From: Bugula neritina
Taxonomy: Eukaryota > Animalia > Bryozoa
DNA: 64,000 nucleotides
Assembly: GCA_964035545.1 (NCBI GenBank)
Contig: OZ037765.1
Coordinates: 3,224,001-3,288,000, forward strand
Direction: 5' to 3'
Part shown: positions 38,901 through 46,100 of the stretch, piece after piece
How positions within the stretch are numbered: position 1 is the first letter of the stretch
Layout: each line of letters begins with the position of its first letter
The notes under the pieces: model-generated
The model's input: only the letters and a program-made list of their open reading frames with translations
Database searches by the model: none
Told to the model about the DNA's origin: nothing
Made by a program: the position numbers and the translations under genes

Positions 38901-41900
38901 TTTATTGGACTGATAAACGAATAGGCTTACACGTTAGAAATAGCGCTGAAATATTCGGTGGAGCCAATGAAAATACTTTTTATGATATAAGCGGTGGCGA
39001 ACATAATCTTCCATTCAGCGAAATAAACGCTAATAAAATTATTGAAGCTAATAAAAATTTTAAATTAACAATGGTATTATCAAAAACTTATCCTAGTCAT
39101 AAACTTAGCGACGTAATTTTAACCGATACTCCCGCTAGCGAAATAACCGCCGCGGCATTACCTTTTCATTACGTATTAGTAAAACTTTATTATAATTATA
39201 AATGAATATCTATAAATTTAGTAAAGTCAATATAACGACTAATAAAGCGTATATTACGAGCATTATACCTAAACACGAATTTTATTATTACGAAGATATT
39301 AATAGCTTTACGGTAGATTTAATTAATGATTATTTAGTTAATAAATCTATAGAAATAACGCACGCGTTAATACAATTTTATAACGAAAGTTCACCTAATA
39401 ATAAAACTAAAGCGTTATATTGGACTGATAAAAAAATAAGGTTTACATATTCGTAATAGCGTAAATCCGTTTGACGAATCTAAAGAAAATATATTTTATA
39501 GTATTAGCGGTGCCGAACATAACGTTCCGTATAGTAAAATAAATATTAATAAAATTATTAACGCAAATAATAATTTTTCGTTTACAATAGCTCTTTCGAG
39601 TGATTATCCGAGTCATAAACCCGATGACGCAATTCTTATTAATACACCGAGTGAATACGCTACTGATGCACTACCTTTTGATTACGTATATTTAAAGCTT
39701 TATTATAATAGTTTAACTAATTAAAACATTATATCAACTAGCGATGGGGGTATAGTAGAATCTACTGAATCTCCACCAGTATTTTCGAGTTATAACGTTT
39801 AAATATTAAATTATTAGTATCGTTCGTTTAACGCTTTTTTTTTTTTAAAAAAAAATATTTTTTTTAAAAAAAAATATTTTTTCAAAAATAAAAAAAGTTA
39901 TTTTAAAAAAATTGCTAAAAAAAATAAAAAAAAATCGTTCGTTCAACGCTTTTTTTTAAAAAAATATTTTTTTCAAAAAAAAATAAAAAAATTTTTTTCA
40001 AAAATAAAAAAAGTTATTTTTAAAAAATTAATAAAAAAAATAAAAAAAAATCGTTCGTTCAACGCTTCTTTTTTTTAAAAAAATAAAAAAAAATATTTAT
40101 ATTCTTAATTAATGTTTGTCCTAGAAACATACAATTTCTGAAACAAAACTTATTTTTTATTCTAAATTAACACTAATAAAATAATATTTATCCTAAAAAT
40201 ACAATTTCTGGAACAAAATATTAAAATATTTATATTCTAAATTAACATTAATAAAATAATAGAGTAGTAGTAGGTGGATGCGTCCTGGGACAATCCCTGA
40301 CACCGGAGAGTCGAAGACTCGACGGGGGAAGGGTTGTCTCAGGACCATCCACCTACTACTACTTCTGAACGTTAGCAACTTATTATCTAGTGTGTATGTG
40401 TCAATAAATAGCATGCAGTAACTGTACATTTGTTGTTATTTAACTTCATTACTTGAAATTAAGTTATTTTCTAAAAATCATGCATTTATTTTTATAACTT
40501 TAGTATTTGAAGTCAAGTTATTTGGTACTAAGACATTCAGTTTAAAAAATTATTATAGTAAAAAAAAGTTAGGCTATTCATAGAAGCTGCAGAATAACGT
40601 ATAAAGTATTATTGAAGTTGTAAATATTTATTCTCTTTTAAAAAAAATGACTTGCACATGGTGCAGATATACAAACATAAAGCAAAAAAGAAAATTCTCT
40701 TTATTATAGGTGGAGTTGAATAGAACTACTTGTAAATATTGCTGTTAATAATTAATTTCCCGTCTATTTGAGACACCCACACAGGTTGCAAGCGCATTAT
40801 GCAAATTCTTTTTGTAAAAGAGAGCTGAAGCCAAAACTTCTAATAGGCAGTGTTCAATGCGGAAAGACCTTTTGTAGTGAAGCTGCCCTTCCTACTATAT
40901 ACAGTGGTGATCCTAATTATGGGACCGCTTAAAATAAACTTAATATTTCTTAGTAATTAATAATTTGCTCAATATTTATAAAGTGAGATAGGGTAATATG
41001 CATATCAATGGAAAGCTAAATATGTTCTCTACAAGAATGTTTTAAAAAACTAGCAGATTTCAGTTTCTGTAGTACAGTTTGGGCCAATATATTCATCTTA
41101 GTAATGAAATTCAAAATTCGAGTAAAATTGCAACTTAATTTTTTTTAAAAATTGCAATGATTTTTGCTTATTTTTTGAACATAACTCTTTGAAATTGAAG
41201 TGGTGACCCTGAAAAGGGTCTATGGGGTTATTAGATACATCCTAATATTTGGTTGGCAACCCTTGTTGTCAATCACAGCTCGACAGCGTTTGGCATGCCG
41301 GCAACAAGTTCTGAGAGCAGTTCCGGGGATACCACTCGGAACCAGGACTGCATAATGAGCTCAATTAGTTTTCTGTTGGTTTTTGGCTTGTCCTTTGCAA
41401 TCAGTTGACCAATCTTACACTATGAATTCTCAATTTGAGATCCGGTGATTGGGCAGGCCAGCTGAGAGATCTCACGTCACGGTCTTCCATCCACTTCTTG
41501 ACATTCTTGGCTGTATTGCAAAATGCGTTATCCATGAAAGAGATCTCTTACTGATGGAAGCATTACTTTCTCCAACACATTACAGTATTTAGTAGCACTC
41601 ATTATGCCTTTGACAACATGAAGTCCACCCGGAGGACCACTCGCTGCCAAGCACCCATGACCGTGGCGGAAGTTGAGTATTTAATGGTTGGAAGAATACA
41701 CTTTGGGTGAAACTCGTCACCAGGCCAAGATATTAAATGTACTTTCATTACTACAAAGAACTTTTTGCCATTGCTGGGATGTCCATGTCAGGTGCTCTTT
41801 AGCCCAGGCCAGACATGCGCCCCTCTGGTGTTTATTAAACATCCGACTTCTGTCATGGTATGAGGGTGCTTTGCAGCGAGTGGTCCTGGTGGACTTTATG

Positions 41901-44900
41901 TTGTCGAAGGCATGATGAGTGCTACTAAATACTGTGATGTGTTGGAGAAAGTGGGGTTTTCATCAGTAAGAGATCTCTTTCATGGACCATGGCTGTACCA
42001 ACAGGATAACACACCTTGCAATGCAGCCAAGAAGGTCAAGAAGTGGAGGGAAGACCGTGACGTGAGATTTCTCAGCTGGCCTGCCCAATCACTGGATCTC
42101 AATTCAATTGAAAGTTTATGGTGTAAAATTGGTCAACTGATTGCAAAGGACAAGCCAACAACCAACAGAAAACTAATTGAGCTCATTATACAGTCCTGGT
42201 TCCGCGTGGTATCCCCGGAACTGCTCTCCGAACTTGTTGCCGGCATGCCAAACGCTGTCGAGCTGTGATTGACAACAAGGGTTGCCAACAAAATATTAGG
42301 ATGCATCTAATAACCCCATAGACCCTTTTTAGGGCCACCAGTTTAATTTCGAAGAGTTATGTTCAAAAAATAAGCAAGAATCATTGCGATTTTTGAAAGA
42401 AAATAAGTTGCAATTTTACTAGAATTTTCAATTTTTATACTAAGATGAGTATATTGGCCCAAAATTGTGCTACAAAAACTGAAATCCGCTGATTTTTTAA
42501 AATATTCTTGTAGAAAACTTATTTAGCTTTCCATTGATATGCATATTACCCTATATCACCTTATAAATATTGAGCAAATTATTATTTACTAATAAATTAT
42601 AACTTTATTTTGAGCGGTCCCATAATTAAGATCACCACTGTATATATAGTAATTTTAATAGAGCCGGTCTGTATTATTCTAGAAACTGTTGTAAAGGTGA
42701 TGATATAATAGCATCTCAAATGCATGTATGGGAGTTTCAAGTTATACAAAATAATAAACTTTATAGCTAACTTGATAAACTTATTAAATTTATTACATGC
42801 TTCAATTTATAAAATTATGTCTTTTAACTATGGCTTACAAAGTGTTAAGTTGAAAGCTCAGAGAATTTGGGTTTAGTTATGAATTCAGTGGGACATATTA
42901 TGAGGTAAGTATAAGTGGTGGTTAGACAGTGATGCAAGATAGTAGAAGTTAAAAGATATGGCCCAATACATGACTATACATTAACTCTATATAGTGAAAG
43001 TGTAAGAGTATTTTTATTCTAAACAATTTTAAGCTTTGTCATAATTTGCGTAGTTCATGAATGAGTGAAGCAAGTATAAACCCTTTTTGAGACTTGAAAA
43101 ATTGGCTTTGTTTACCTATAGAGTAAATTCAGAGTAGAATCTTCAATGACTTTTAAAGATTCATTGATTATTCATGACGCATGAATAATAGATTTACATA
43201 CTGCATAAGTTAGACTATGCATGTAAAATGTCTAGCCCATATACATATAATGAAAGAAATATAGATTCGCCATGTACAATCTATATCTATATTATAACTG
43301 TGTGGCCACATGCTATGTGATCTTGCAAGTAATAAATGACTTGGAAGCAAAATTAACAAAACAATCTAAGGATGGGTTAAGTTTTGAAAATTAGAAAAAA
43401 AAGGAATGAAACTGTATAAAGGTTTTATAGCAGTCTGCATTCTAAAAACTGAGCTCACCAAAACAAATGAACATATATATAAGACAAATAATACACTGAC
43501 AAAAATACTAAAAGGTAACTTTACATAGCCATGGCCATGCAGCTTCCCTAAATTGGTGCTGCAGCACCGATTTAGAAAAGCTACAGTTAGCAAAAAGATG
43601 TTGGTGCATATCTAAAAATAATTGTCATTAAATATTATTCAGCACCACAACTAATGGTCTTTTTATGAATCTGTGTGAAACCAAATACTGCATGTACCTG
43701 AATACCAGAGAGGGAGATTAAAGTACTGATAGTCTGTATTTACTTCTGGTGTCACTTCAGTATCATCTGATCTCTTGTTGACAATCTCACATTGATCTCC
43801 ACTCACTGACTTCCTTATAGAACTACAGGTATTAGGGATGCCTTCATCTTGTAAACAGAAACTCATACAGTCTCTGAGGTCTGATTTACTTGTCTGGTTG
43901 TACTTCTGTACTCCACTGTCTAGATAGTAATCTCTAGTAGCTGTCCATGGCTGCCATATTCCTGCAAAATACTCTCTATGCTAACAATGTTTGTATATTT
44001 ACTAAAGCTGCAACAATGAGCAATTATATTAGAATTCTCACCTATTCTCACCATATATCTCCACTTTGTCTTGTTCGGATAGCAGAAAAATTGTATTAGA
44101 ATGAAATTGGCTATAATCACTATTCAAATGTTTTAAAAACTATCTGACAAGAAGTGTTCAGAATTGTAGTAATTTTTCTGTCAGTGATTATAGTCTTTAT
44201 CAACACTTTTGAAAAATAACCTCAGCTAATAAATATACTAAATGATTTGAAAAAAAAAATTGCTAAATGAATTCTAACAAAAATGTCTTCAGACAATTTG
44301 TAAATTGATGTTGAAAAATAAATTTCACATTTGTTTACTTAATAGTTTCTTCAGATTACAAAATGTACAATAAGTTATTGGAATACAAAACAATTAGCAT
44401 TTTTAAAACTTCTTAGCACACAAAGCATATTAAATTATCGGACAATTTATCAGCAAACTTCGATCAATTTTGGAACTGCAAAAACTTTAATAGTCTTTTA
44501 AATAGTAGATTTGTTTAGCTTGTATGACTACCAGGTTTTTGAATTTATATTAGAAGAGACTGTTCAATAAGTACTCATCGGAATTCTGTTATTAAATCAA
44601 ATATCACGTTATTACCTCAATTTAATTTTTTGCTAATAATTATAGGCTATAGTTAACAAAAGAAAAATATGTGTAACATGTAATGTTTGTAAAAGCCAAG
44701 CAAAGATTGGAATGAGCTATTTCACTAATTGAAAATGCAAGATCAAACACATTTAATCTTTACAGTCAACTCACCAGCGCAGCCTGGTCTCACAGAGTAC
44801 CTCCACTGACTATCAGAACTACTAATAGTAGCAGTCTGAGTATTCTCTGCTAACAGTTGACAGTTTCCATCACCAGTTCTGTAGTTTATTGAGGCACAAA

Positions 44901-45370
44901 TAAATGATGTTTGCTGCATACACTGAGCTCTACACTCATCTTCACTGTTTACAGAGAGAGTCTTTATACTACCAGATGTTATGTAAGGATCTAGTCTACC
45001 CACACCTGATGTCCAGTCACAGGTTATTCCTAAAAATATGTAATAACAGAGAATATGATGCATTTGATAATTGCGCCCCTTTATATTACAATGGTGACAA
45101 CGTTGAAGCAAGCTATGTTTCATGTTTGTAACAGTTGAAACTGTTTAAACACGAGTATTATAACAGAATTTGTTACTAATTTATAAATTTAAGTTAAATA
45201 CTATCTATCAATGTGTATATAGATTTGTAGTTCTTACTATGCACAACATTAAAATGGAGAGTTGAAGAACCAAGTTGTAACATACAGTACATACCTTGTA
45301 CTGGTGCAGATATGAACACAGTAACTAAAAAGAACCACCAGTGAAAACACAAGTACAGTAGTCTCTCCAT
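14969..45370 (-). CDS. Type I membrane receptor-like protein, copy 1 (~950 aa): signal - PAN/Apple x2 - uncharacterised beta domain - FN3-like - linker domain - Sushi/CCP x3 - TM - Tyr-motif tail
   Basis: Exons 45295-45370, 44775-45029, 43698-43961, 24025-24525, 19600-19917, 19232-19329, 18667-18853, 18078-18275, 17199-17408, 16838-17041, 14969-15510; all GT-AG, total 2853 nt in one frame; PAN C-x3-C..C-x-S..C pattern; Sushi C..P..YSC..G..TC..G.WS..P.C; TM VGVAVGVSMGFIIIILAVILIMVLV-RR. The last-exon acceptor is the least certain. Confidence 0.8.
15770..16770 (+). mobile_element. Degenerate RTE-clade LINE 3-prime fragment interrupted by a MITE
   Basis: Translates to RKWLQ*FGHVYRRE...RNRRHPKLRVRDTIRKNL...DAQDRVR*, the RLxWxGHVxR / RPKxRWxD / AQDRxxW C-terminal pattern of RTE ORFs. 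Confidence 0.6.
16015..16687. mobile_element. MITE, PIF/Harbinger-like termini
   Basis: TIRs CCCCCTGTTCACACATTGCCGCA / TGCGGCAATGTGTGAACAGGGGG; AT-rich non-coding interior; flanks TAA / CAA. Confidence 0.8.
20446..23682 (-). mobile_element. Academ-type DNA transposon, internally deleted
   Basis: 19-bp perfect TIR TAGTCTAGAAGTAACCTCC; 3-bp TSD ATG (20443-20445, 23683-23685); absent from the paralogous intron near 53790. Confidence 0.8.
21190..21870 (-). pseudogene. Academ transposase C-terminal remnant (XPG-like H3TH motif + Cys cluster)
   Basis: FHALTGCDST..FYGKG, EQFVCKLYG, LPPKKDKLNLDIKRANYQAAIWRR, CSCKTSCNISRCGC..CTDVCQCKDC; frameshifts and stops. Confidence 0.75.
25220..25856 (+). repeat. 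Polinton left terminal inverted repeat (~635 bp)
   Basis: Reverse complement of 39732-40363 with about three substitutions and homopolymer-length differences. Confidence 0.95.
25786..26562 (-). CDS. Putative fibre/spike protein with five ~40-aa repeats
   Basis: LDMGENKISRVIDPADDQDAATKKYVD resembles the trimeric fibre/adhesin neck motif; repeats P-K/L-I..KL.VS...G.I.DS.LSV.DVITT.NINN.A; N-terminus MSVYKFG. Confidence 0.65.
   Translation of the reverse strand: MSVYKFGGSGKTEINTKKFVLINGSSTLTGTLDMGENKISRVIDPADDQDAATKKYVDNTSMPKIRDPINQLTISTDDGRVIDSNLKVDDVVTKTNVSNYAVPLIRDPTEKLTVSTNMGNIIDSNLSVSDVITTNNINNFAINKIQPANEKLTVSITSGNVADSSLSVSDVITTSNINNFAMNKIQPSIGGKLLMLSSNGNIVETGINIADIITTYNINNHAIPKLQDATGNKLVLSTSDGGIVESTESLPVFSSYNV
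26559..27047 (-). CDS. Uncharacterised Polinton protein, subterminal family member A (putative vertex/receptor-binding head)
   Basis: 162 aa; MSVYKFG start, PIE, LYWKDK, LPF..KLYYNYK motifs shared with 38687-39205 and 39202-39724. Confidence 0.7.
   Translation of the reverse strand: MSVYKFGKSLAKAKKENYIERVVTKNNDVFIQSFSTTINIGMLLGYIVDKPIELKYALLEFQHLPANNNNSLYWKDKKLTLIIGDVNNPLEHNTKEYIIQGGVARVKIPMLEYIESDKNIGLVLHCSSAYTSRKPNDIIVNDGAPIALPFELVSLKLYYNYK
27051..27808 (-). pseudogene. ATP: FtsK/A32-like genome packaging ATPase (start ATG->ATT, one frameshift near 27530)
   Basis: Walker A GKSGCGKT (~27700), Walker B LIIFDD (~27390), RGRH arginine finger and SQNYF..P..IR.N motif. Confidence 0.9.
27821..29185 (+). 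CDS. INT: Fusion: CxxC..CxxC Zn-ribbon + parvovirus-type phospholipase A2 + retroviral-like DDE integrase + chromodomain
   Basis: MYCCKC..CGQCG; PLA2 FLGPG loop, DAIAMRHDVCY, ICD; integrase WAADL, WVDKGKEF, VERWNRT; C-terminal YRIERVI..LVKWLSYPDSQNSWV chromodomain. Confidence 0.92.
   Translation: MYCCKCKIKTKTLNYEKRVSKNNRLMGYGNCGQCGCKKTTFVGSGLANNLINNLPFELHYPGHNFLGPGTKLNKRLNDDTTPKEWSKPVDRDDAIAMRHDVCYALNKDTKTRNEICDKNMLDELKAIPNPTPAEQRHSRFASAIIGAKKRLGWGWTDELAEELHKPVQKKFRKRRVWVSGIDNIWAADLVDMTEFAKFNNGYKYLLTVIDVFSKYVWIIPLKNKTGKAVALALKTILSSRKPQHLWVDKGKEFYNKDVKSLIDLYSTENEEKSSVVERWNRTMKERMFKYFSANNTYKYIDVLKDLVKRYNETKHLSIGMTPIEASDPSNENKVRVKLYPNLPAPSKPKFAIGDRVRIPRKKRTFEKGYTVRWTEEVFTISKILYTNPTTYKLTGSGEEEIQGSFYEQELQKTSQKMYRIERVIKKKGKKALVKWLSYPDSQNSWVDLNVLERL
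29184..29510. repeat. Palindromic tandem array, 31-bp unit GTGGACACAAATGTGTTTGTGTCCATAAAAA
   Basis: About a dozen GACACAAA cores, each unit self-complementary (GGACACAAA..TTTGTGTCC), with interspersed AATTAAACGTAAAGT half-units. Confidence 0.95.
29516..30325 (+). CDS. Conserved Polinton protein with C-terminal YLSSDPNALVERLQLL..AGN motif; in-frame TGA at 29579 leaves the 29639 ORF
   Basis: ATG in TATATAAATG context at 29516 is in frame with ORF 29639-30325; GDG site before the conserved tail; the motif is recalled from Polinton/adintovirus proteins, not searched. Confidence 0.7.
30329..30628 (+). CDS. Small basic virion core / amphipathic membrane-active protein
   Basis: YAGGG followed by amphipathic IFDTIKNVVTKIAS; Lys/Arg-rich; lies directly upstream of the major capsid gene. 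Confidence 0.65.
   Translation: MYVYDKRQRLQRHYAGGGIFDTIKNVVTKIASNSSVRELGKKAIAKAGTAAGEKIVNAIKKRRQKKLNAKSQAILQKLNQTKNNNISNILEGSGQAIAY
30655..31928 (+). pseudogene. MCP: Double jelly-roll major capsid protein (~424 aa), 1-nt frameshift in the A-run near 31195
   Basis: Restoring one A joins the two ORFs: FGFADDYEKILYGIKHQLTLVR...KVSWWMPHITP; KPKYIIVGFQT, FDHVNV, LNSERYP, FVIDVSKQ are Polinton MCP-type motifs. Confidence 0.9.
31929..32686 (+). pseudogene. mCP: Minor capsid protein (penton, ~252 aa), 1-nt frameshift near 32305
   Basis: PPIEL..YEM.L, SFPNI, LPIGVYEL; after the shift FFPSVSPGYKIIEKPHNLIYLPV..TDQKGNLLDLSGE..IRFHLREV. Confidence 0.85.
32699..33268 (+). CDS. Putative virion core protein with multiple GxG/GG maturation-type sites
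   Basis: MNGG-FLGPLLGIATRFLPTIL hydrophobic segment; INGKG-LYL, MKGNG-LYL, IKGEG-LIL repeats. Confidence 0.65.
   Translation: MGYCEIIGNVPQAQKQKIMNAYRSGKGCTIKLPLESGNDKLAVTKTQNDNILKALNANKKNITLEMSPSLVKTNASMNGGFLGPLLGIATRFLPTILKTIIPGVLSGAASAGDKRAINGKGLYLKKGGCVCSVEPNSNGSIILKPVASSNLMKGNGLYLKQGSSYIKGEGLILGPNSPFKNIPLLGMLL
33288..33689 (+). CDS. Hypothetical Polinton protein (133 aa)
   Basis: ORF with the element-wide TATATAAATG start; repeated E-x-I-I-Y-K words. Confidence 0.55.
   Translation: MVDPTVITYKSLDGTPITETIYKNNDCEKRVYEGGDIKERIIYKKFNILDEMTNPSNERGMFEEITYNNKKEIIYKENDGKLKIKTIYKTKEIIQEFTVNLMNYAAARIPSFFSKLKYAEDEIEIRRNILFLK
33778..34258 (-). pseudogene. Two-TM-helix membrane protein (~160 aa), frameshifted near 33940
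   Basis: Coiled-coil N-terminus, two hydrophobic segments; alternative frame continues KLEINSMLSKFLNDAHIDGEEYDAI to TAA at 33778. Confidence 0.55.
34647..38303 (+). CDS. pPolB: Protein-primed family B DNA polymerase with N-terminal helix-extension-helix-like segment, terminal-protein region and endonuclease VII-like Zn insert
   Basis: 1218 aa; Exo YADFE and HNLSGYD; CHIC..VRDHCHLTG.YRGAAHSNCN insert; Pol motifs YLDANNLYG, KLMNNSVFGK, TDTDS. Confidence 0.97.
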   Translation: MEFNTKITVKFLKALAKKRGLKRYSRLKKAELIRLLMLMDEPVPNIGQAPLIPIPVKKIMREIFTQTTSNIKKWVKGIIKPITKIINPIKEKIMVLYNQPKLKEQAANGWFQTYEIKGLPKYDIDSFSKLVKLNVLKLLKHTIKVKIFMYCEMKKTNISTREIIVEIMPFTSNIETILESTNVNEIYDEIIERIKENFASLNAKGSNWIFKSIKKMEININKYQPFNGSLWIDLPEEIKLKKAVINPKNEDNKCFMWAVLMSVHTPKNHPERINNYKEYVNKFSWEGVEFPATKKSIDAFEEANPDFGINVFTWDGETINLWKETKNQGKIINLLYISDDEKSHYAYIKNLNKLLGSQINKRVSAKHICVNCMCSFRSNESLKKHQDWCLSNNGVTTVFPKLENKIKFQSSHHCRSMRVPFTVYADFECFTKPIHGCKPNPQESYTNQYQQHEPSGFGYYIVSVTGKCEYKSYTKQYEDENIGELFMRLLELDIKNLYKKHKFPKRMKISVSEQESFELTKICHICEEKLGNDKVRDHCHLTGDYRGAAHSNCNLNYKIPKFYPVFIHNLSGYDAHLFIKNLGEEPSCIPNTEEKYISFSKKLLVDEFTNEEGKNVKVTCEIRFLDLYKFMSSSLASLVTNSKRDDFKYLQKHYAENQLNLLLRKGVFPYDYFNSVNVLNETSLPPKEKFYSSLTEQGISDEDYTHAQNVWREFNIKTFKEYHDLYMKVDVLQLADVFENFRNVCLEHYKLDPVWYYTAPGLSWDAMLKTTKLELDPITDVDQLLFFEKAIRGGVSMISHRYAKANNKYMENYNASEPSSYITYLDANNLYGWAMSKNLPTGNFKWMTEKRCRDLEKSLNFPPSFLEVDLEYSKELHNFHKDYPFCPKRLTINKVEKLIPNLNNKRNYVIHYEALKQCLMYGLKLTKIHRGITFNESNKLKEYINLNTKLRTLARSDFEKDFFKLMNNSVFGKTMENIRNRVDVKLVTSESEAKKLTNQPNFKNFTIFSENLVAVHMNVTKLKFNKPVYLGAAILDISKILMYDFHYEYIKPKYGNKAQLLFTDTDSLMYDVQTEDFYKDILPDIENKFDTSNYPKNHKLLNNKNKKVIGMFKDEAGGKQITEFVGLRAKLYSYKMDGIEKKKCKGINKTTQKNRITFDDYKECLLTRQDQLRTMNVLRSHKHTMYAETINKVALSSEDDKRIILKNGISTVPYGYNK
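38300..38686 (+). CDS. PRO: Adenain-like cysteine maturation protease
   Basis: GTHWVAW, YFDSFG, Q..GTVICGHLC give the His-Asp-Gln-Cys catalytic set. Confidence 0.93.
   Translation: MNKALSNIELEFAIKKLKIPNFRGVFSRNDLPNKPRKKECGILNLDDLMGNGTHWVAWYKNENKKYYFDSFGLHPPLAIMKYLKGPVFYNTERVQEFGTVICGHLCLYWLKEMSKRETPQLFINKLLI
38687..39205 (+). CDS. Subterminal family member B (paralogue of 26559-27047)
   Basis: MSSVYIFG start; PIEI, LYWTDK, LPF..KLYYNYK. Confidence 0.7.
   Translation: MSSVYIFGNSAKANIINEKPYITDIIIPSEFTYYSEGFAATLVKDFLIDEPIEITNILVQFYGEQAHNTKELYWTDKRIGLHVRNSAEIFGGANENTFYDISGGEHNLPFSEINANKIIEANKNFKLTMVLSKTYPSHKLSDVILTDTPASEITAAALPFHYVLVKLYYNYK
39202..39724 (+). pseudogene. Subterminal family member C, +1 frameshift near 39439
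   Basis: MNIYKFS start; LYWTDKKI then shifted frame GLHIRNS...YPSHK...LPFDYVYLKLYYN aligns along its length to member B. Confidence 0.75.
39732..40363 (-). repeat. Polinton right terminal inverted repeat
   Basis: Inverse of 25220-25856; ends ACTACTACT followed by TSD TCTGAA. Confidence 0.95.
40902..42640. mobile_element. Tc1/mariner fold-back derivative (two 3-prime halves in inverted orientation)
   Basis: TA-CAGTGGTGATC...GATCACCACTG-TA termini; ~750-bp inverted arms; degenerate transposase QQDNTPCN..WPAQSLDLNSIESLW on both strands, LAWAKEHLTWTSQQWQKVLCSNES in the centre on minus. Confidence 0.9.
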
Positions 45371-45987
45371 GTTAACACTATTTGGTAGTGTATATACACT
45401 GAGAGAGTGCTCAGTAAAGTTAAGTTATACTATAGAGTTATATTAGAAAGTATTTTGCATTACAAAAGGCAGCTTTTGTTAACTTCACAATAATATAAAA
45501 GCTGCATGACAATAGTGCAAAGATGTTTTCTTAGCTATTTCAAAGAAAGCTAGCTTTTATAGCAAGTCTGCTTCATATTGGAATGTTGACAGGTGCTAGA
45601 CTATATTATGTTCAAATTATATGCTCTAATAGCCGTTCAATTGGCTCAGTTATACGCTATAGAACACAACTATCTATACTATTCAGATAACTAAAATTAT
45701 ATTCATTCAGATCAGCTATTATAATAATCATTATTATAACTTTTTCATGTGCAATTAATTTAGAATGAGTATCATGTCTTTATATAATATATCTTATAAT
45801 CTATTATGTAAGCTATAAACAGGTAACTAAGTAAATTACATGAAATAGGTTACAATCAAGGAGTATAGTTAACAAGATTATTATGCACTTTTATTTTAAC
45901 TGTTTTTTGTTGACACAAATTTTCAATAAGCAGAAAACAAAATAAGTATCAAAATAATATCCAATTGCACCAGCTAGCTTATAGTCA

Positions 45988-46100
45988 CAAACCATAGACC
46001 CAATGAGATCAAGTGTTACAAAACTTAGTCCCAATGAGTTCAAATGTTACAAACCTTAGACCCAATGAGTTCAAATATTACAAACCATAGTCTCAATTTG
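45988..46100. repeat. 31-bp minisatellite (3-4 units; ~2 units in the paralogue at 60390-60445)
   Basis: ACAAACCTTAGACCCAATGAGTTCAAATGTT-like units. Confidence 0.7.

Larger units (their letters stand above)
25220..40363. mobile_element. Full-length Polinton/Maverick (adintovirus-like endogenous virus), 15144 bp
   Basis: Termini AGTAGTAGT...ACTACTACT; 6-bp TSD TCTGAA (25214-25219, 40364-40369); encodes pPolB, retroviral-type integrase, adenain-like protease, packaging ATPase, major and minor capsid proteins; empty paralogous site TATGAACGTTAACAAC at ~55431. Confidence 0.98.

Noticed and set aside
43920-44120. ORFs 43920-44120 and 58330-58539 as separate genes
   Set aside because: Mostly intron; the true exon starts at the AG acceptor (43961 / 58371) in another frame and encodes PAN domain 2
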